A stretch of DNA of 63,325 bases from Cyanobacteriota bacterium (GTDB lineage Bacteria > Cyanobacteriota > Cyanobacteriia > Cyanobacteriales > Nostocaceae). Each line of letters opens with the position of its first letter. The stretch's first letter is position 1. The stretch spans positions 1-63,325 of the forward strand of contig JBJOKS010000028.1 in assembly GCA_046045965.1 (NCBI GenBank). The letters run 5' to 3'. Below, piece by piece: positions 1 through 9,865 of the stretch. The position numbers and the translations under genes are program-made. The notes under the pieces were generated by a model, which was not told the origin of the DNA, searched no databases, and saw only the letters and a program-made list of their open reading frames with translations.

Positions 1-250
1 GTCCTTGGGAACGAATTTTCTCAAAACCACCACGACCACGAGCATAACAAGCTTCTTCTACTCCATTTTTCAAGCAGTCGGCAAGAAAACCAAAAGTATC
101 GAAAATTGTACTTTTTCCCACACCATTCTTACCGATAACTGCGGTCATTGGTGCTAATGGCTTGGCGTTCTGCGTGTTCCACAGTTTACCCAAGGTGATA
201 TCTCGAAGAACTCTATAATTTCTGACCCTAAAGCCTTCTACTTTAGACAT
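1..250 (-). CDS. AAA/ABC-like ATPase (COG4637/AAA_21-like), 5' part only; runs off the window edge
   Basis: Hand translation from ATG at 250: MSKVEGFRVRNYRVLRDITLGKLW...TAVIGKNGVGKSTIFDTFGFL; Walker A GKNGVGKS preceded by the NYR motif typical of SMC/AAA_21-like ATPases. Confidence 0.8.
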   Translation of the reverse strand, partial: MSKVEGFRVRNYRVLRDITLGKLWNTQNAKPLAPMTAVIGKNGVGKSTIFDTFGFLADCLKNGVEEACYARGRGGFEKIRSQG

Positions 251-341
251 TTAAGACCCTCTACTCAACTAAAAATAATCCTATCATTTGCTTTAATAAT
301 ATAACAATTGGATAACTTAAATATTATATTATGCTTGATTT

Positions 342-2153
342 TTATAATTGTCTAATGGGAATTTGAATACAAAATGTTGTTCCCTCTCCTAATTGTGATT
401 CACACCAAATCGATCCTTTATGTTTTTCAACAACAATTTTATAACTAATTGATAATCCTAAACCCGTTCCTTTACCGATGGGTTTTGTAGTGAAGAAAGG
501 ATTGAATATTTGTGTTCTTACCTGTTCACTTATCCCCGCGCCATTATCGCAAATCTTTACCTTGATAGATGTAGAATTTGATATTTCGGTTTTAATCACA
601 ATCTGAGGGGTAAAATTTGCTTGTGTTCCATTCTTGATGATATTATTATCGCAGTAATCTACAAGAGCATCTATAGCATTACTAAGCAAATTCATAAATA
701 CTTGATTCAGTTGTCCTGGATAACATTCAACTAAGGGTAAATCAGCGTATTCTTTAATGACGATAATTTCTGGATAATCTGAATTTGCTTTTAAACGATG
801 TTGCAAAATTACTAAAGTGCTATCAATTCCCTCATGCAGGTTAACAGACTTCATTTCTGCTTGATCTAAACGGGAGAAGTTACGTAAATTTAGCACTATT
901 TGGTCAATGCGATCGCTCCCTATTTTCATTGATTTTAATAACTTTGGCAAATCTTCAGACACAAAATCTAAGTCAATTTTTTGCATATATTCTTGAATAT
1001 GCGAATCTGTCTGAGGATATGTTTGCCGAAAAATTTCTATTAATTTTAATAAATCTTGGCTATACATTTCTGCATGATTGATATTACCAGAAATAAAGCT
1101 GAGGGGATTATTAATTTCATGGGCAATCCCCGCTACAAGTTGTCCTAAGCTAGACATTTTTTCAGTTTGAATTAATTGAGATTGGGTGATTTTTAACTCT
1201 TGCAATGTCTTTTCTAGTTCTGCTGTTCTGGCTGCTACTTTATTTTCTAAATTGGCATAAGCATCGTCAAGAGAATCAGCCATGATATTAAATATTTTCG
1301 CCATTCTTCCTAGTTCATCTCTACCTTTATCATTAATTCTGACTGTAGCACCAGGATTTAAGGCAGATTGATTCATGGCTTGAGAAATTTGATAAATTCT
1401 CTTGCCTACTAATTTGTCAAATAATAAATATATCAGAATGATAAGTACGATTGTTAAGCCTATAAATGTAAATAAAACAGCCTGAAGCATCGAAGCTTGA
1501 TTAGCACGTAAATCTTTGGTAGGTACATAAATCATCACTGCACTGATAACTTCTCCAACTGGCCAATTAAAACCATTAACTGTACCATATTTATCTATAA
1601 TTTCTTGCGGTGCATCTTCAGGTCTACCATGACATTGCAAGCAGCTAGTTTCCATTTTAATTGGTTCTGCTACATAAAATAACTCTCTATCTCCATTATG
1701 TTTATATCCTTTTTTTTCGGTAATACTTTGATCTTTCTGAAAATAGGCGATAATCTCCTCCTCTAATTTATCTGCTTTATTAACGGGATTCATCGGGTTT
1801 AATGCAGGTTGTTTATAAATATAGTCAGGTAATTGTTTATTAAATAATTCAAAAATACTCCGGGTAGCAAAAGCATTAGATTGAGCTTCTAAAATCATTT
1901 CTTTTGTATGCTTTTTCACTGCTGGTTCTAGTTGTTTAATCACATAATTTCGGCTGGCTTGTCCAAAATTTAAGACTAATTGACTGCGGTGACTGGCTTC
2001 TTGTTCAAAGGCTTGGGATTGGATTCTACTTAAATTCCATACCCCAACCCCCATAATTATTATTAATGATATAATTACTGCTATTGTAAACTTAAATTTA
2101 ACAGAGATTTTCGGCTGAGATTTGACAAGGGGTGTAAATACCTGAGTAGGCAT
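342..2153 (-). CDS. Membrane sensor histidine kinase with periplasmic DUF3365 (Tll0287-like c-type heme) domain, HAMP, HisKA and HATPase
   Basis: Two TM helices flank a domain with CLQCH; HAMP DELGRMA; H-box AHEINNP; NQVFMNLLSNAIDA, DNGAG, GTGLGL. Start uncertain (2153 or 2177; ORF open to 2228). Confidence 0.85.
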   Translation of the reverse strand: MPTQVFTPLVKSQPKISVKFKFTIAVIISLIIIMGVGVWNLSRIQSQAFEQEASHRSQLVLNFGQASRNYVIKQLEPAVKKHTKEMILEAQSNAFATRSIFELFNKQLPDYIYKQPALNPMNPVNKADKLEEEIIAYFQKDQSITEKKGYKHNGDRELFYVAEPIKMETSCLQCHGRPEDAPQEIIDKYGTVNGFNWPVGEVISAVMIYVPTKDLRANQASMLQAVLFTFIGLTIVLIILIYLLFDKLVGKRIYQISQAMNQSALNPGATVRINDKGRDELGRMAKIFNIMADSLDDAYANLENKVAARTAELEKTLQELKITQSQLIQTEKMSSLGQLVAGIAHEINNPLSFISGNINHAEMYSQDLLKLIEIFRQTYPQTDSHIQEYMQKIDLDFVSEDLPKLLKSMKIGSDRIDQIVLNLRNFSRLDQAEMKSVNLHEGIDSTLVILQHRLKANSDYPEIIVIKEYADLPLVECYPGQLNQVFMNLLSNAIDALVDYCDNNIIKNGTQANFTPQIVIKTEISNSTSIKVKICDNGAGISEQVRTQIFNPFFTTKPIGKGTGLGLSISYKIVVEKHKGSIWCESQLGEGTTFCIQIPIRQL

Positions 2154-2234
2154 ATCTTCGGATTTTTTATAACGCATTTTTCTACATAAATGAATATATC
2201 TATGCACAATTTTCAGAAAGATCAACAATTTTTG

Positions 2235-2256
2235 AGGTGGGCAATGCCCACCCTAC
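2235..2256. repeat. REP-like hairpin GGTGGGCAATGCCCACC-CTAC
   Basis: Perfect stem followed by CTAC (GTAG foot on the other strand). Confidence 0.6.
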
Positions 2257-2345
2257 TAAAATGTTTGCCCATCAAATAGAAATGCTAAATGGTATTCTTA
2301 ATACAACGGTAACACATCAAACATCATGTTAATGCAAGTAGAAGA

Positions 2346-3122
2346 TTAAGATAAACTAACAATTCCTGACCATTGCACCTTTTTCTCCTTTTCCCGTCGA
2401 TAAGAAAAGAAGTGTTCTGAAGATTGATAGGTACAGTAGGGAGCGATCGCAATTTGTTCTCCACTAATTCCCAATTGCTGCAACTGCAAAACATTAACCC
2501 GACGCACATCTAAACGCACCTTTCCTGGTTCTGTATCCAGTAATAAAGGTGAATTAGGCAAATCCTGTAAAGCAGTAACTATTTTTTCTGGGTCATTATG
2601 TGGTAAAATTGTGTTTCCGATTTCCGCAGCCACTTCCACGGAAACTTGGTAAACTTCGCCAGCGATCGCCGGACCCATAGCAATTCGCAAATCCTGTAAT
2701 TTGCTACCTTGAGATTGCATTCTCTCAATGGCTTGGGGAACAATCTTCGCTGCTGTACCCCGCCAACCAGCGTGTAAAGCCGCCACCTGTCCGATTTTTA
2801 CATCCCCAATCAGCACCGGTGTACAATCAGCAGAAGCCACCCACACAGCCTGTAAAGGTCCTGCACTGATTAAACCATCTGCCAAAGCCAACTCATCATT
2901 GCTGTTATTTAAATGTTCATCAACCTCTTGGGGAGTCAAAACAGTATTACCATGAACCTGTTTTAAACGATAAGCAGCAGCGTCAGCTTGTAGCACTTTT
3001 GTTAACTCGTGTGGTGGACGCGGCCAAAACTGCTGGGTAAAAAAACCATGAGGCCAAGGAGTTAAAAGATTACAAGTCAGGTAAGGTAGACCTTCCCAAT
3101 TGTGCCAATGCCAAGTGTGCAT
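2346..3122 (-). CDS. pgeF: Peptidoglycan editing factor PgeF (YfiH/laccase-like)
   Basis: KQVHG, ADCTPVL, ALHAGWRG and FFSYRRE motifs. Confidence 0.9.
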   Translation of the reverse strand: MHTWHWHNWEGLPYLTCNLLTPWPHGFFTQQFWPRPPHELTKVLQADAAAYRLKQVHGNTVLTPQEVDEHLNNSNDELALADGLISAGPLQAVWVASADCTPVLIGDVKIGQVAALHAGWRGTAAKIVPQAIERMQSQGSKLQDLRIAMGPAIAGEVYQVSVEVAAEIGNTILPHNDPEKIVTALQDLPNSPLLLDTEPGKVRLDVRRVNVLQLQQLGISGEQIAIAPYCTYQSSEHFFSYRREKEKKVQWSGIVSLS

Positions 3123-3199
3123 TTTCAACCAAACCTAAACAAAAAATACAAAACCGCCAATCAATGCTAACTTGAACAACGGGATTTAGGGGAATAACT

Positions 3200-4012
3200 G
3201 TGGAATTTGATCAGCAACTTTTAGAAAATTCCTTACACTTAGGTCGTAAGCATCCCGCTATACCATTTTCTCTGCACATTTTTGACAGTCTCCCGTCCAC
3301 TAATAAAATGGTATGGGACTTAATTGCCCAAGGAGCAGAACCCGGATGTGTGGTTATTGCTACCCAACAAACCGCAGGTAGGGGACAATGGGGAAGACAA
3401 TGGTTATCTCCTACTGGTGGACTATACCTTTCGGTGGCGATCGCTCCTAAACTAGAAATTACCAGTAGTTATCAACTAACCTTAGCCAGTGCTTGGGGAA
3501 TTGCGTCACAATTACGAAAGTGTGGCGTACCAGTGGGAATAAAATGGCCTAATGATTTAGTATTAGATGGTCGCAAACTAGGCGGCATTTTAACGGAAAC
3601 CAAAGTCCATCAAGGACAAATTACCCAAGCAGTGATTGGTGTTGGTATTAACTGGTCTAACCCAGTTCCAGAAACTGGTATCAATCTAAAATCATGGACA
3701 GCTACCCAGAATTCTCCACAGATTTCTGGACTAGAAATGCTCACTGCTACCGTTTTACTAGGAATACAATCCGGTCTAGAGTGTCTGAACAACGAAGGAA
3801 TAAGCATACTATTGTCTCACTATCTTGATTTACTTACAAACATAGGTGATCAGGTGTATGTAAATAATCTTTTAGGCACTGTAGTTGGGGTGACACCCGA
3901 AGGAAACCTCCGCTTAAAAATGGCTGAATATGATCCAAACAAATTGATGACACCAGAAATTTCTGTTGAACCCGGTACAATCAGTTTGGGTTACTGCAAA
4001 TCATCTGTTTAA
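3200..4012 (+). CDS. birA: Biotin-[acetyl-CoA carboxylase] ligase
   Basis: STN, QTAGRGQWGRQW, IKWPNDL and KLGGILTE motifs. Confidence 0.92.
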   Translation: MEFDQQLLENSLHLGRKHPAIPFSLHIFDSLPSTNKMVWDLIAQGAEPGCVVIATQQTAGRGQWGRQWLSPTGGLYLSVAIAPKLEITSSYQLTLASAWGIASQLRKCGVPVGIKWPNDLVLDGRKLGGILTETKVHQGQITQAVIGVGINWSNPVPETGINLKSWTATQNSPQISGLEMLTATVLLGIQSGLECLNNEGISILLSHYLDLLTNIGDQVYVNNLLGTVVGVTPEGNLRLKMAEYDPNKLMTPEISVEPGTISLGYCKSSV

Positions 4013-4078
4013 CTTTTGTTTAACTTTTACGGACATCAATCATCTCTTTAAACTTATTACACACAACTGAGAGCCAAA

Positions 4079-5752
4079 ATGACGCAGCCCCATAAATCTG
4101 CCCATGATCGTTTAAATAAGCGGACTCAAGGTTTAACAAACAGACGCTTTGCGTCCACATTACCAGCCCAAAGCCTTGGTTGGTTGAGCAGTGTTAGCCT
4201 CCTCAGTGGTGGCTTCGTATTTGCTCAAACGGAATCAACAGTAGATAACATTGTTCCCACTATTGAAAGTTCCCAGCCGACAGCAGTTGCAGATACAGGA
4301 AAAAAAGAAAGTCCAGCCCCAGAAGCAGCGCCATCACAGCCAGATTTTGCTGAACGGAGAGCCAAACTAAGAAAAAAACTGAAGAGGGAAGAAGTTTCCC
4401 AAACAGCAGCACCAGTTAGGCAGTCTAAACCCAAAGTAGAAACTTCTCAACCTGCTGTCATCATTAGAACTTCTCCAACCAAAGTAGAAACTTCTCAACC
4501 TGCTGTCATCATCAGAACTTCTGCACCCAAAGTAGAAACTTCTCAACCGGAAGCAAGTGTGAGAACTTCTGCACCCAAAGTAGAAAGATCACAGGCTGAA
4601 AAACCAGAGACTCCTGCTAACTCAGCACCGGAAAAACCGGCAGAAGTGGCTAAACCAGCAAATAACTCTAACGGTGTTGGCAGTTCAACGGCTAGGAAAA
4701 CTAAAGATTACAATAACACCTACATTGATCCCACAGAATACAACGGGACTGCAACTGGCAACTATGAAGCACCCAGTTCTGTAGTTGTCACAGAACGCTC
4801 TAGCAGTTGTGAAGCAGTTTTCTCTAAAAAAGAAATTGCTGCCGGTGCTTGTGGTAAAAAAGCAACTGATACTCCCCGTGTAGCTGATTCTCCCAAAAAA
4901 TCAGCACCTAGTTGGATCAAAAAAAGTGAAACCGCTAGTTTAGAAAAAGCGCCAACAACACCGCAAGTAGCCACTAAGTCTAATCCAGAACGCCAAACTG
5001 TAGTTAAGACAGTGGCTGCTGCTGTCAATCATAATCAGAGTTGGCGTACTCCCGAAACTCGTACCAGCAGTCACACAAAAACAGCTTATCGTCCTAATCG
5101 GTTTATTCCTCAACCTAGCGAGTTTTCGTCAACTACAACAGTCAGTGCTACACCCATAGCCCCCAGTTTTGGGTCTTTACCTGCACCAATGGCTGAGGGT
5201 AATGTGGAACCTCGTCCTAGTAATGTCTCCTATGATTTCGCCCTGGCATCGGTTTTACCACAAGTTCCTTATAGTAATGCCTTTGCTTACCGTGGTGGTG
5301 CTTCTGGAGTAGCTTTTCCCCTGTCTTTTGCCGCACCTGTGACTTCTTTGTTTGGTTGGCGGATACATCCTATTACTGGCGATCGCCGTTTCCACGCAGG
5401 TACAGATATTGGCGCACCCACAGGCACACCAATTTTAGCAGCGGCTAAAGGTCAAGTGGAAACCGCTGACTGGATGGGTGGTTATGGTTTAACTGTCACT
5501 GTTAATCACAGTTCTGCCCAACAAACTCTTTACGCGCATATGTCAGAAGTCTTAGTTCGTCCCGGTCAGTGGGTAGAACCAGGAACTGTGATCGGCCGCG
5601 TTGGTAGCACTGGTAACTCTACTGGTCCTCACCTACATTTTGAAGTCCGCCACCTCACCGCAAACGGCTGGGTTGCTGTTGACCCTGGTGTGAAGTTACA
5701 AGCTGGACTCAATAACTTGTTGTACAGCAGACGCACAGCACAAGCAAGGTAG
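4079..5752 (+). CDS. M23 family metallopeptidase with long low-complexity N-terminal region
   Basis: C-terminal HAGTD, YAHM and STGPHLHFE motifs. Confidence 0.9.
   Translation: MTQPHKSAHDRLNKRTQGLTNRRFASTLPAQSLGWLSSVSLLSGGFVFAQTESTVDNIVPTIESSQPTAVADTGKKESPAPEAAPSQPDFAERRAKLRKKLKREEVSQTAAPVRQSKPKVETSQPAVIIRTSPTKVETSQPAVIIRTSAPKVETSQPEASVRTSAPKVERSQAEKPETPANSAPEKPAEVAKPANNSNGVGSSTARKTKDYNNTYIDPTEYNGTATGNYEAPSSVVVTERSSSCEAVFSKKEIAAGACGKKATDTPRVADSPKKSAPSWIKKSETASLEKAPTTPQVATKSNPERQTVVKTVAAAVNHNQSWRTPETRTSSHTKTAYRPNRFIPQPSEFSSTTTVSATPIAPSFGSLPAPMAEGNVEPRPSNVSYDFALASVLPQVPYSNAFAYRGGASGVAFPLSFAAPVTSLFGWRIHPITGDRRFHAGTDIGAPTGTPILAAAKGQVETADWMGGYGLTVTVNHSSAQQTLYAHMSEVLVRPGQWVEPGTVIGRVGSTGNSTGPHLHFEVRHLTANGWVAVDPGVKLQAGLNNLLYSRRTAQAR
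4431..4595 (+). repeat. 48-bp in-frame tandem repeat (~3.5 copies of KVETSQPAVIIRTSxx)
   Basis: CCAAAGTAGAAACTTCTCAACC recurs at 48-bp spacing. Confidence 0.85.
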
Positions 5753-5830
5753 GGAGCAGAGGAGCAGAGGAGCAGGGGAGAATAACTTTAATATCTATTC
5801 CCCAGTCAAGGGTCCCCAGTCCCCAATCAC

Positions 5831-6487
5831 CTATAAATACCCGTGTTCTACTAGGAATGCGGGTGAAATGTCTTCTTGATGATGGGTTGTTCCGGGAGAG
5901 AGGAATTTTTCCACGTATTTACCCAGGATATCTGCTTCTAGATTTACCCAGCTACCAGGGACTAAATGACTCAGGTTTGTTTCCGAGTATGTGAGGGGAA
6001 TAACGGCTGCTGTAAACTGACAGTGTTCGGGTTGATAGGTGGCTACTGTGAGGCTAATACCATTGATGGCGATGCTACCTTTGGGGACGATATAGCGAGT
6101 GATCGCCTCCGGTGCTGCAAAGGTCATTTCCCAAGAGGTCGCTGTTTGTTCTGCTGCTATTAATTCTCCCATGCCGTCTACATGACCCATGACAAAATGA
6201 CCTCCTACTTTACCACCCACTCGCAGCGATGTTTCTAGGTTGACATATCTGGCTTGGGTTTCTTCTCTAGCTAAAGTTGTACGTCGCAGGGTTTCTGGTG
6301 AAGCAGTGGCTATAAAGCCATCTTTTAAAATCTCTTCCACTGTTAGACATACGCCGTCTACTGCTACACTATCGCCATAGGTCAAATCGTGCATAATAAC
6401 ATCCGAGTGGCTGATAAAAGTAATCTGCCATGAATCGCTCGATAAGGGTTTGATTTTACCTAATCCTTGAATTAATCCTGTAAACAT
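5831..6487 (-). CDS. ribE: Riboflavin synthase alpha chain
   Basis: MFTGLI start; GDSVAVDGVCLTV; GGHFVMGHVDG; VNLEADILGKY. Confidence 0.95.
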   Translation of the reverse strand: MFTGLIQGLGKIKPLSSDSWQITFISHSDVIMHDLTYGDSVAVDGVCLTVEEILKDGFIATASPETLRRTTLAREETQARYVNLETSLRVGGKVGGHFVMGHVDGMGELIAAEQTATSWEMTFAAPEAITRYIVPKGSIAINGISLTVATYQPEHCQFTAAVIPLTYSETNLSHLVPGSWVNLEADILGKYVEKFLSPGTTHHQEDISPAFLVEHGYL

Positions 6488-6857
6488 GATTTTTCTGCCA
6501 AACTAACTCTATTTATTGCTTAATTTTGGCTGAAATCAACTGATAATTACGACCAAAAATGTAAAACCTTTTAAAAATAATTTCGGGAATTTTTTTGGTT
6601 GCTCAAATTTCACACATTCACATCAATCTCAAGGCATACTTGGTTAAGATGATGATTATTTTGGGAGAGCATAGCTTGGCGTAAGTCATTGCAGCAAAAA
6701 ATAAAGTCCAGATTACCTGGGTTTTATGTAGCAGTTTAATAGAAGCCATTATAAAGAAGAAAAGCTCTATGTTTACTTCTGTCCCACAACAACCCAACCA
6801 AGGGTATTATTTGCCACTTATCACTCAAGCAATTAAAGGATTTTTGAGGGTTAGCCA

Positions 6858-7355
6858 ATGATTGAAATGAGAGTCGCTGGTATAGCATTAGATGCCATAA
6901 CCCGCAGTCCGATTGTACTCTTGAAAGATAGTTCAGATCGTCGGGCTTTGCCAATTTATATCGGTCAGGATCAGGCTAGGGCAATTATGGGTGCTATGGA
7001 GCATCAAAAACCACCTAGACCTTTAACTCATGACCTGATGGTGAATGTTTTGGAAGTATGGAATATGACCTTGGAAAAGGTAATAATTCATTCTTTGCAA
7101 AAGGATACTTTCTACGCTGCTTTAATTGTACAGCAAGGCGAGGTAAAAAAAGAAATTGATGCCCGTCCTAGTGATGCGATCGCTATTGCCTTACGGACAA
7201 ATGCACCGATTTGGGTAATGGAAGAAGTAGTAGCAGATGCTTCTATTCCCGTTGACCGTGATGCTGATGAAGCTGAACAAGAAGCTTTCCGAGAGTTTGT
7301 TTCTAATCTTCGTCCTGAGGATTTGATTAAGCGATTTGGTAATGGTGATAGTTAA
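6858..7355 (+). CDS. Bifunctional nuclease family protein (DUF151)
   Basis: LPIYIG, RPLTHDL and IDARPSDAIAIA motifs. Confidence 0.9.
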   Translation: MIEMRVAGIALDAITRSPIVLLKDSSDRRALPIYIGQDQARAIMGAMEHQKPPRPLTHDLMVNVLEVWNMTLEKVIIHSLQKDTFYAALIVQQGEVKKEIDARPSDAIAIALRTNAPIWVMEEVVADASIPVDRDADEAEQEAFREFVSNLRPEDLIKRFGNGDS

Positions 7356-7357
7356 AT

Positions 7358-7490
7358 AGGGGAATGGGGAATGGGGAAGAAGCAGGGGAGCAGGGAGCAG
7401 GGAGCAGGGGGAAATTATTTGTATTTTCCCAATCACCAATTACCCATTACTAATTACCCATTACCCATTACCCATTACCAATCACCTATT
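7358..7490. repeat. STRR 7-bp tandem arrays (GGGGAAT, GGGAGCA, ATTACCC/ATTACCA)
   Basis: Heptamer arrays in the intergenic region. Confidence 0.85.
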
Positions 7491-8621
7491 ATGCAATATC
7501 GACGTTTTGGTAAAACAAATTTATTCCTTTCGGTTTTTTCTTTGGGGACAATGCGTTATTTAGCTAACGTAGAAATCGCCCAAAAAACCATTGAAAAAGC
7601 TTTATCTTTGGGAATTAATCACATAGAAACTGCTAGAGGTTATGGTCAAAGTGAGGAGTATTTAGGTACAGCAATAAAAAGCGGTTTGTCAGTACCACGA
7701 AATCAATTATATATCACTTCTAAAATTCCCCCTTGTGCTGATGCTGACACCATGCGTCGATACATTGATGAATCTTTAAAACGTTTAAATTTAGATTATT
7801 TAGATTGTTTGGGTATTCATGGTTTAAATACTCAACAACATCTGGAATGGGTAGAAGCTAAAAATGGTTGTATGCAAGCTGTACAAGAAGCAGTAAATGA
7901 TGGCAGAGTTAAACATATTGGGTTTTCTACTCATGGTGCTTTAGAGATTATTTTGGCAGCAATTAATACAGGTTTATTTGAATTTGTTAATCTCCATTAT
8001 TACTATTTTTTCCAACGTAATAATTCAGCTATTCAAGCAGCTACAGAAAAAGATATGGGTGTGTTTATTATTTCTCCTGCTGATAAAGGAGGAAGACTTT
8101 ATACACCACCAGATAAATTAAAGGAACTCTGTCAACCTTTTACACCTTTAGAATTAAATTATAGATTTTTATTGAGTGATTCAAGAATTACAACTTTAAG
8201 TGTAGGTGCTGCAACTCCAGAAGAATTAATTGCACCTTTAGCAGTTTCTCATAATATTAATGAGTTAACAATGGAAGAAATAAAAGTTTTTAAAAACTTA
8301 GAAAATCAACAAAATCAGGCTTTAGGAACTGATAAATGTAGTCAATGTTATGATTGTTTACCTTGTCCTGAAAATATCAATATTCCTGAAGTTTTAAGAT
8401 TAAGAAATTTGGCAGTAGCTTATGATATGAATGATTATGGAAAATATCGTTATGGAATGTTTGAAAATGCTGGTCATTGGTTTCCAGGAATGAAGGGAAA
8501 TCGTTGTACAGAATGCGGAGATTGTTTACCGAAATGTCCTGAAAATTTAGATATTCCGGTTTTGTTAAATGATACCCATGAAAGATTAAATGGGAAAGCT
8601 GGGAGGAGGTTGTGGAGTTAG
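7491..8621 (+). CDS. Aldo/keto reductase with C-terminal 4Fe-4S dicluster domain
   Basis: MQYRRFGKT start; ETARGYG; GFSTHG; CSQCYDCLPCP and CTECGDCLPKCP. Confidence 0.9.
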   Translation: MQYRRFGKTNLFLSVFSLGTMRYLANVEIAQKTIEKALSLGINHIETARGYGQSEEYLGTAIKSGLSVPRNQLYITSKIPPCADADTMRRYIDESLKRLNLDYLDCLGIHGLNTQQHLEWVEAKNGCMQAVQEAVNDGRVKHIGFSTHGALEIILAAINTGLFEFVNLHYYYFFQRNNSAIQAATEKDMGVFIISPADKGGRLYTPPDKLKELCQPFTPLELNYRFLLSDSRITTLSVGAATPEELIAPLAVSHNINELTMEEIKVFKNLENQQNQALGTDKCSQCYDCLPCPENINIPEVLRLRNLAVAYDMNDYGKYRYGMFENAGHWFPGMKGNRCTECGDCLPKCPENLDIPVLLNDTHERLNGKAGRRLWS

Positions 8622-8683
8622 ATCCCCGACTTCTAAGATTAATTTATAATTTATTGAGAAGATAAAAAAGAAGTCGGGGATCT
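8620..8683. repeat. Palindromic element AGATCCCCGACTTCT...AGAAGTCGGGGATCT, copy 1
   Basis: 15-bp perfect terminal inverted repeat; related copies at 14734, 14841 and 21684. Confidence 0.85.
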
Positions 8684-8692
8684 TTAAATATT

Positions 8693-8932
8693 TTGTCTGA
8701 ATCAGGATGTCCAGGATTTGAGGATTTTCAGGATGAAGAGATTCATGTATTTTAAATGGCATCCACATTTTGTTAATATAAATGAGCGTCAACATTATTA
8801 TATTTCTATTTCTTTCTATATAAAATATTTTTTTGTTAAATAATATATTCTGAAAATCTGCCAATTATCTGCACCATCATCCAAATAAAAATCCTGAAAA
8901 TCCTTTAATCCTGGATATCCTGATTCAGACAA
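8693..8932. mobile_element. MITE-like element with 42-bp terminal inverted repeats
   Basis: TTGTCTGAATCAGGATGTCCAGGATTTGAGGATTTTCAGGAT matches the reverse complement of 8891-8932 at 39/42; AT-rich non-coding core; same family at 46162-46506. Confidence 0.65.
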
Positions 8933-8950
8933 TAAAAATCTGAAAACAAT

Positions 8951-9346
8951 TTAATTTTCTAACCAATTCTCTAATAGCAAATTTTTGATATTGATAAAGT
9001 CTTTAATATTATTAGTTACAAGAATATCACCACGAGAACGAGCAACAGCAGCAATTAAAGCATCTAATTCACCTGTTGGTTTACCAAGTTTTCTGAGTTC
9101 ACTTTGAATTTTGCCAAATTCAATAGCTGCATCTAAATCAAATGCTTCTATAGGCAAAATAGCAATAAATTCTGCTAAATTTTCCAGGTTTTTGACTAAT
9201 TGTTGAGAACAATAAACGCCTTTGTAAAGTTCGGCAACTATAATTATAGATAAATAACACTGACTAAAGTAGCGATTAAATTTATTTACTGCTTGTCGGT
9301 TATTTTTGAGGAGCGCAATACAAATATTAGTATCTAATAGATACAT
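8951..9346 (-). CDS. vapC: VapC-family PIN-domain toxin
   Basis: YLLDTNI, AELYKG, DALIAA and LVTNNIKDF motifs. Confidence 0.92.
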   Translation of the reverse strand: MYLLDTNICIALLKNNRQAVNKFNRYFSQCYLSIIIVAELYKGVYCSQQLVKNLENLAEFIAILPIEAFDLDAAIEFGKIQSELRKLGKPTGELDALIAAVARSRGDILVTNNIKDFINIKNLLLENWLEN

Positions 9347-9633
9347 TATTCATACTCCTCTTGATCAATTGGGTCTATATTTATACCTTGATAAGCATGG
9401 CGTTGTTGGTCAATTTCTGTAAATATTTCGGTTAAATCAGGTTGATTTTCCCACACACCAAATAATTTATTTAGTTTAGCTAATTTTTCCTCTTCTGTTA
9501 AAGATAATTGTGGTGCGGAAATTTGCTTTTCAATAAAATTCAAATCTACTATTATTTCTGTTCCATCGGGAATATTATTAATTTGTTCTATGATTTCAAT
9601 GTTTTGACCGCGTTTTATACCTCTAACTTTCAT
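9346..9633 (-). CDS. Putative antitoxin partner of VapC
   Basis: Small acidic protein upstream of vapC with 1-bp overlap; beta-rich N-terminus MKVRGIKRGQNIEI...IPDGTEIIV. Confidence 0.7.
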   Translation of the reverse strand: MKVRGIKRGQNIEIIEQINNIPDGTEIIVDLNFIEKQISAPQLSLTEEEKLAKLNKLFGVWENQPDLTEIFTEIDQQRHAYQGINIDPIDQEEYE

Positions 9634-9865
9634 GTTTAGTTTTCCTCTATTTTGAGAAATCGGTTAAACAAATATTATAACACTTTTCCCTTCAGTATCT
9701 AGTAACTGCCAAATTTATAAGTTACGTAAATTCTCTATTGCTTTTTGTGTAGATATTTTGAGCTATTTATAAGCAATATCTCGAAAATAAACAATTTTTT
9801 GATTATGGTGACATAAAAATTACAATCATTATTATAATAATCTTAGTTATTTAACACACATCATC

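Noticed and set aside
7371..7490. N-terminal extension of the aldo/keto reductase ORF
   Set aside because: Encoded by STRR repeats; the family-typical start MQYRRFG is at 7491
8586..8864. 92-aa minus-strand ORF
   Set aside because: Runs through repeat arms and AT-rich filler with no protein-like motif
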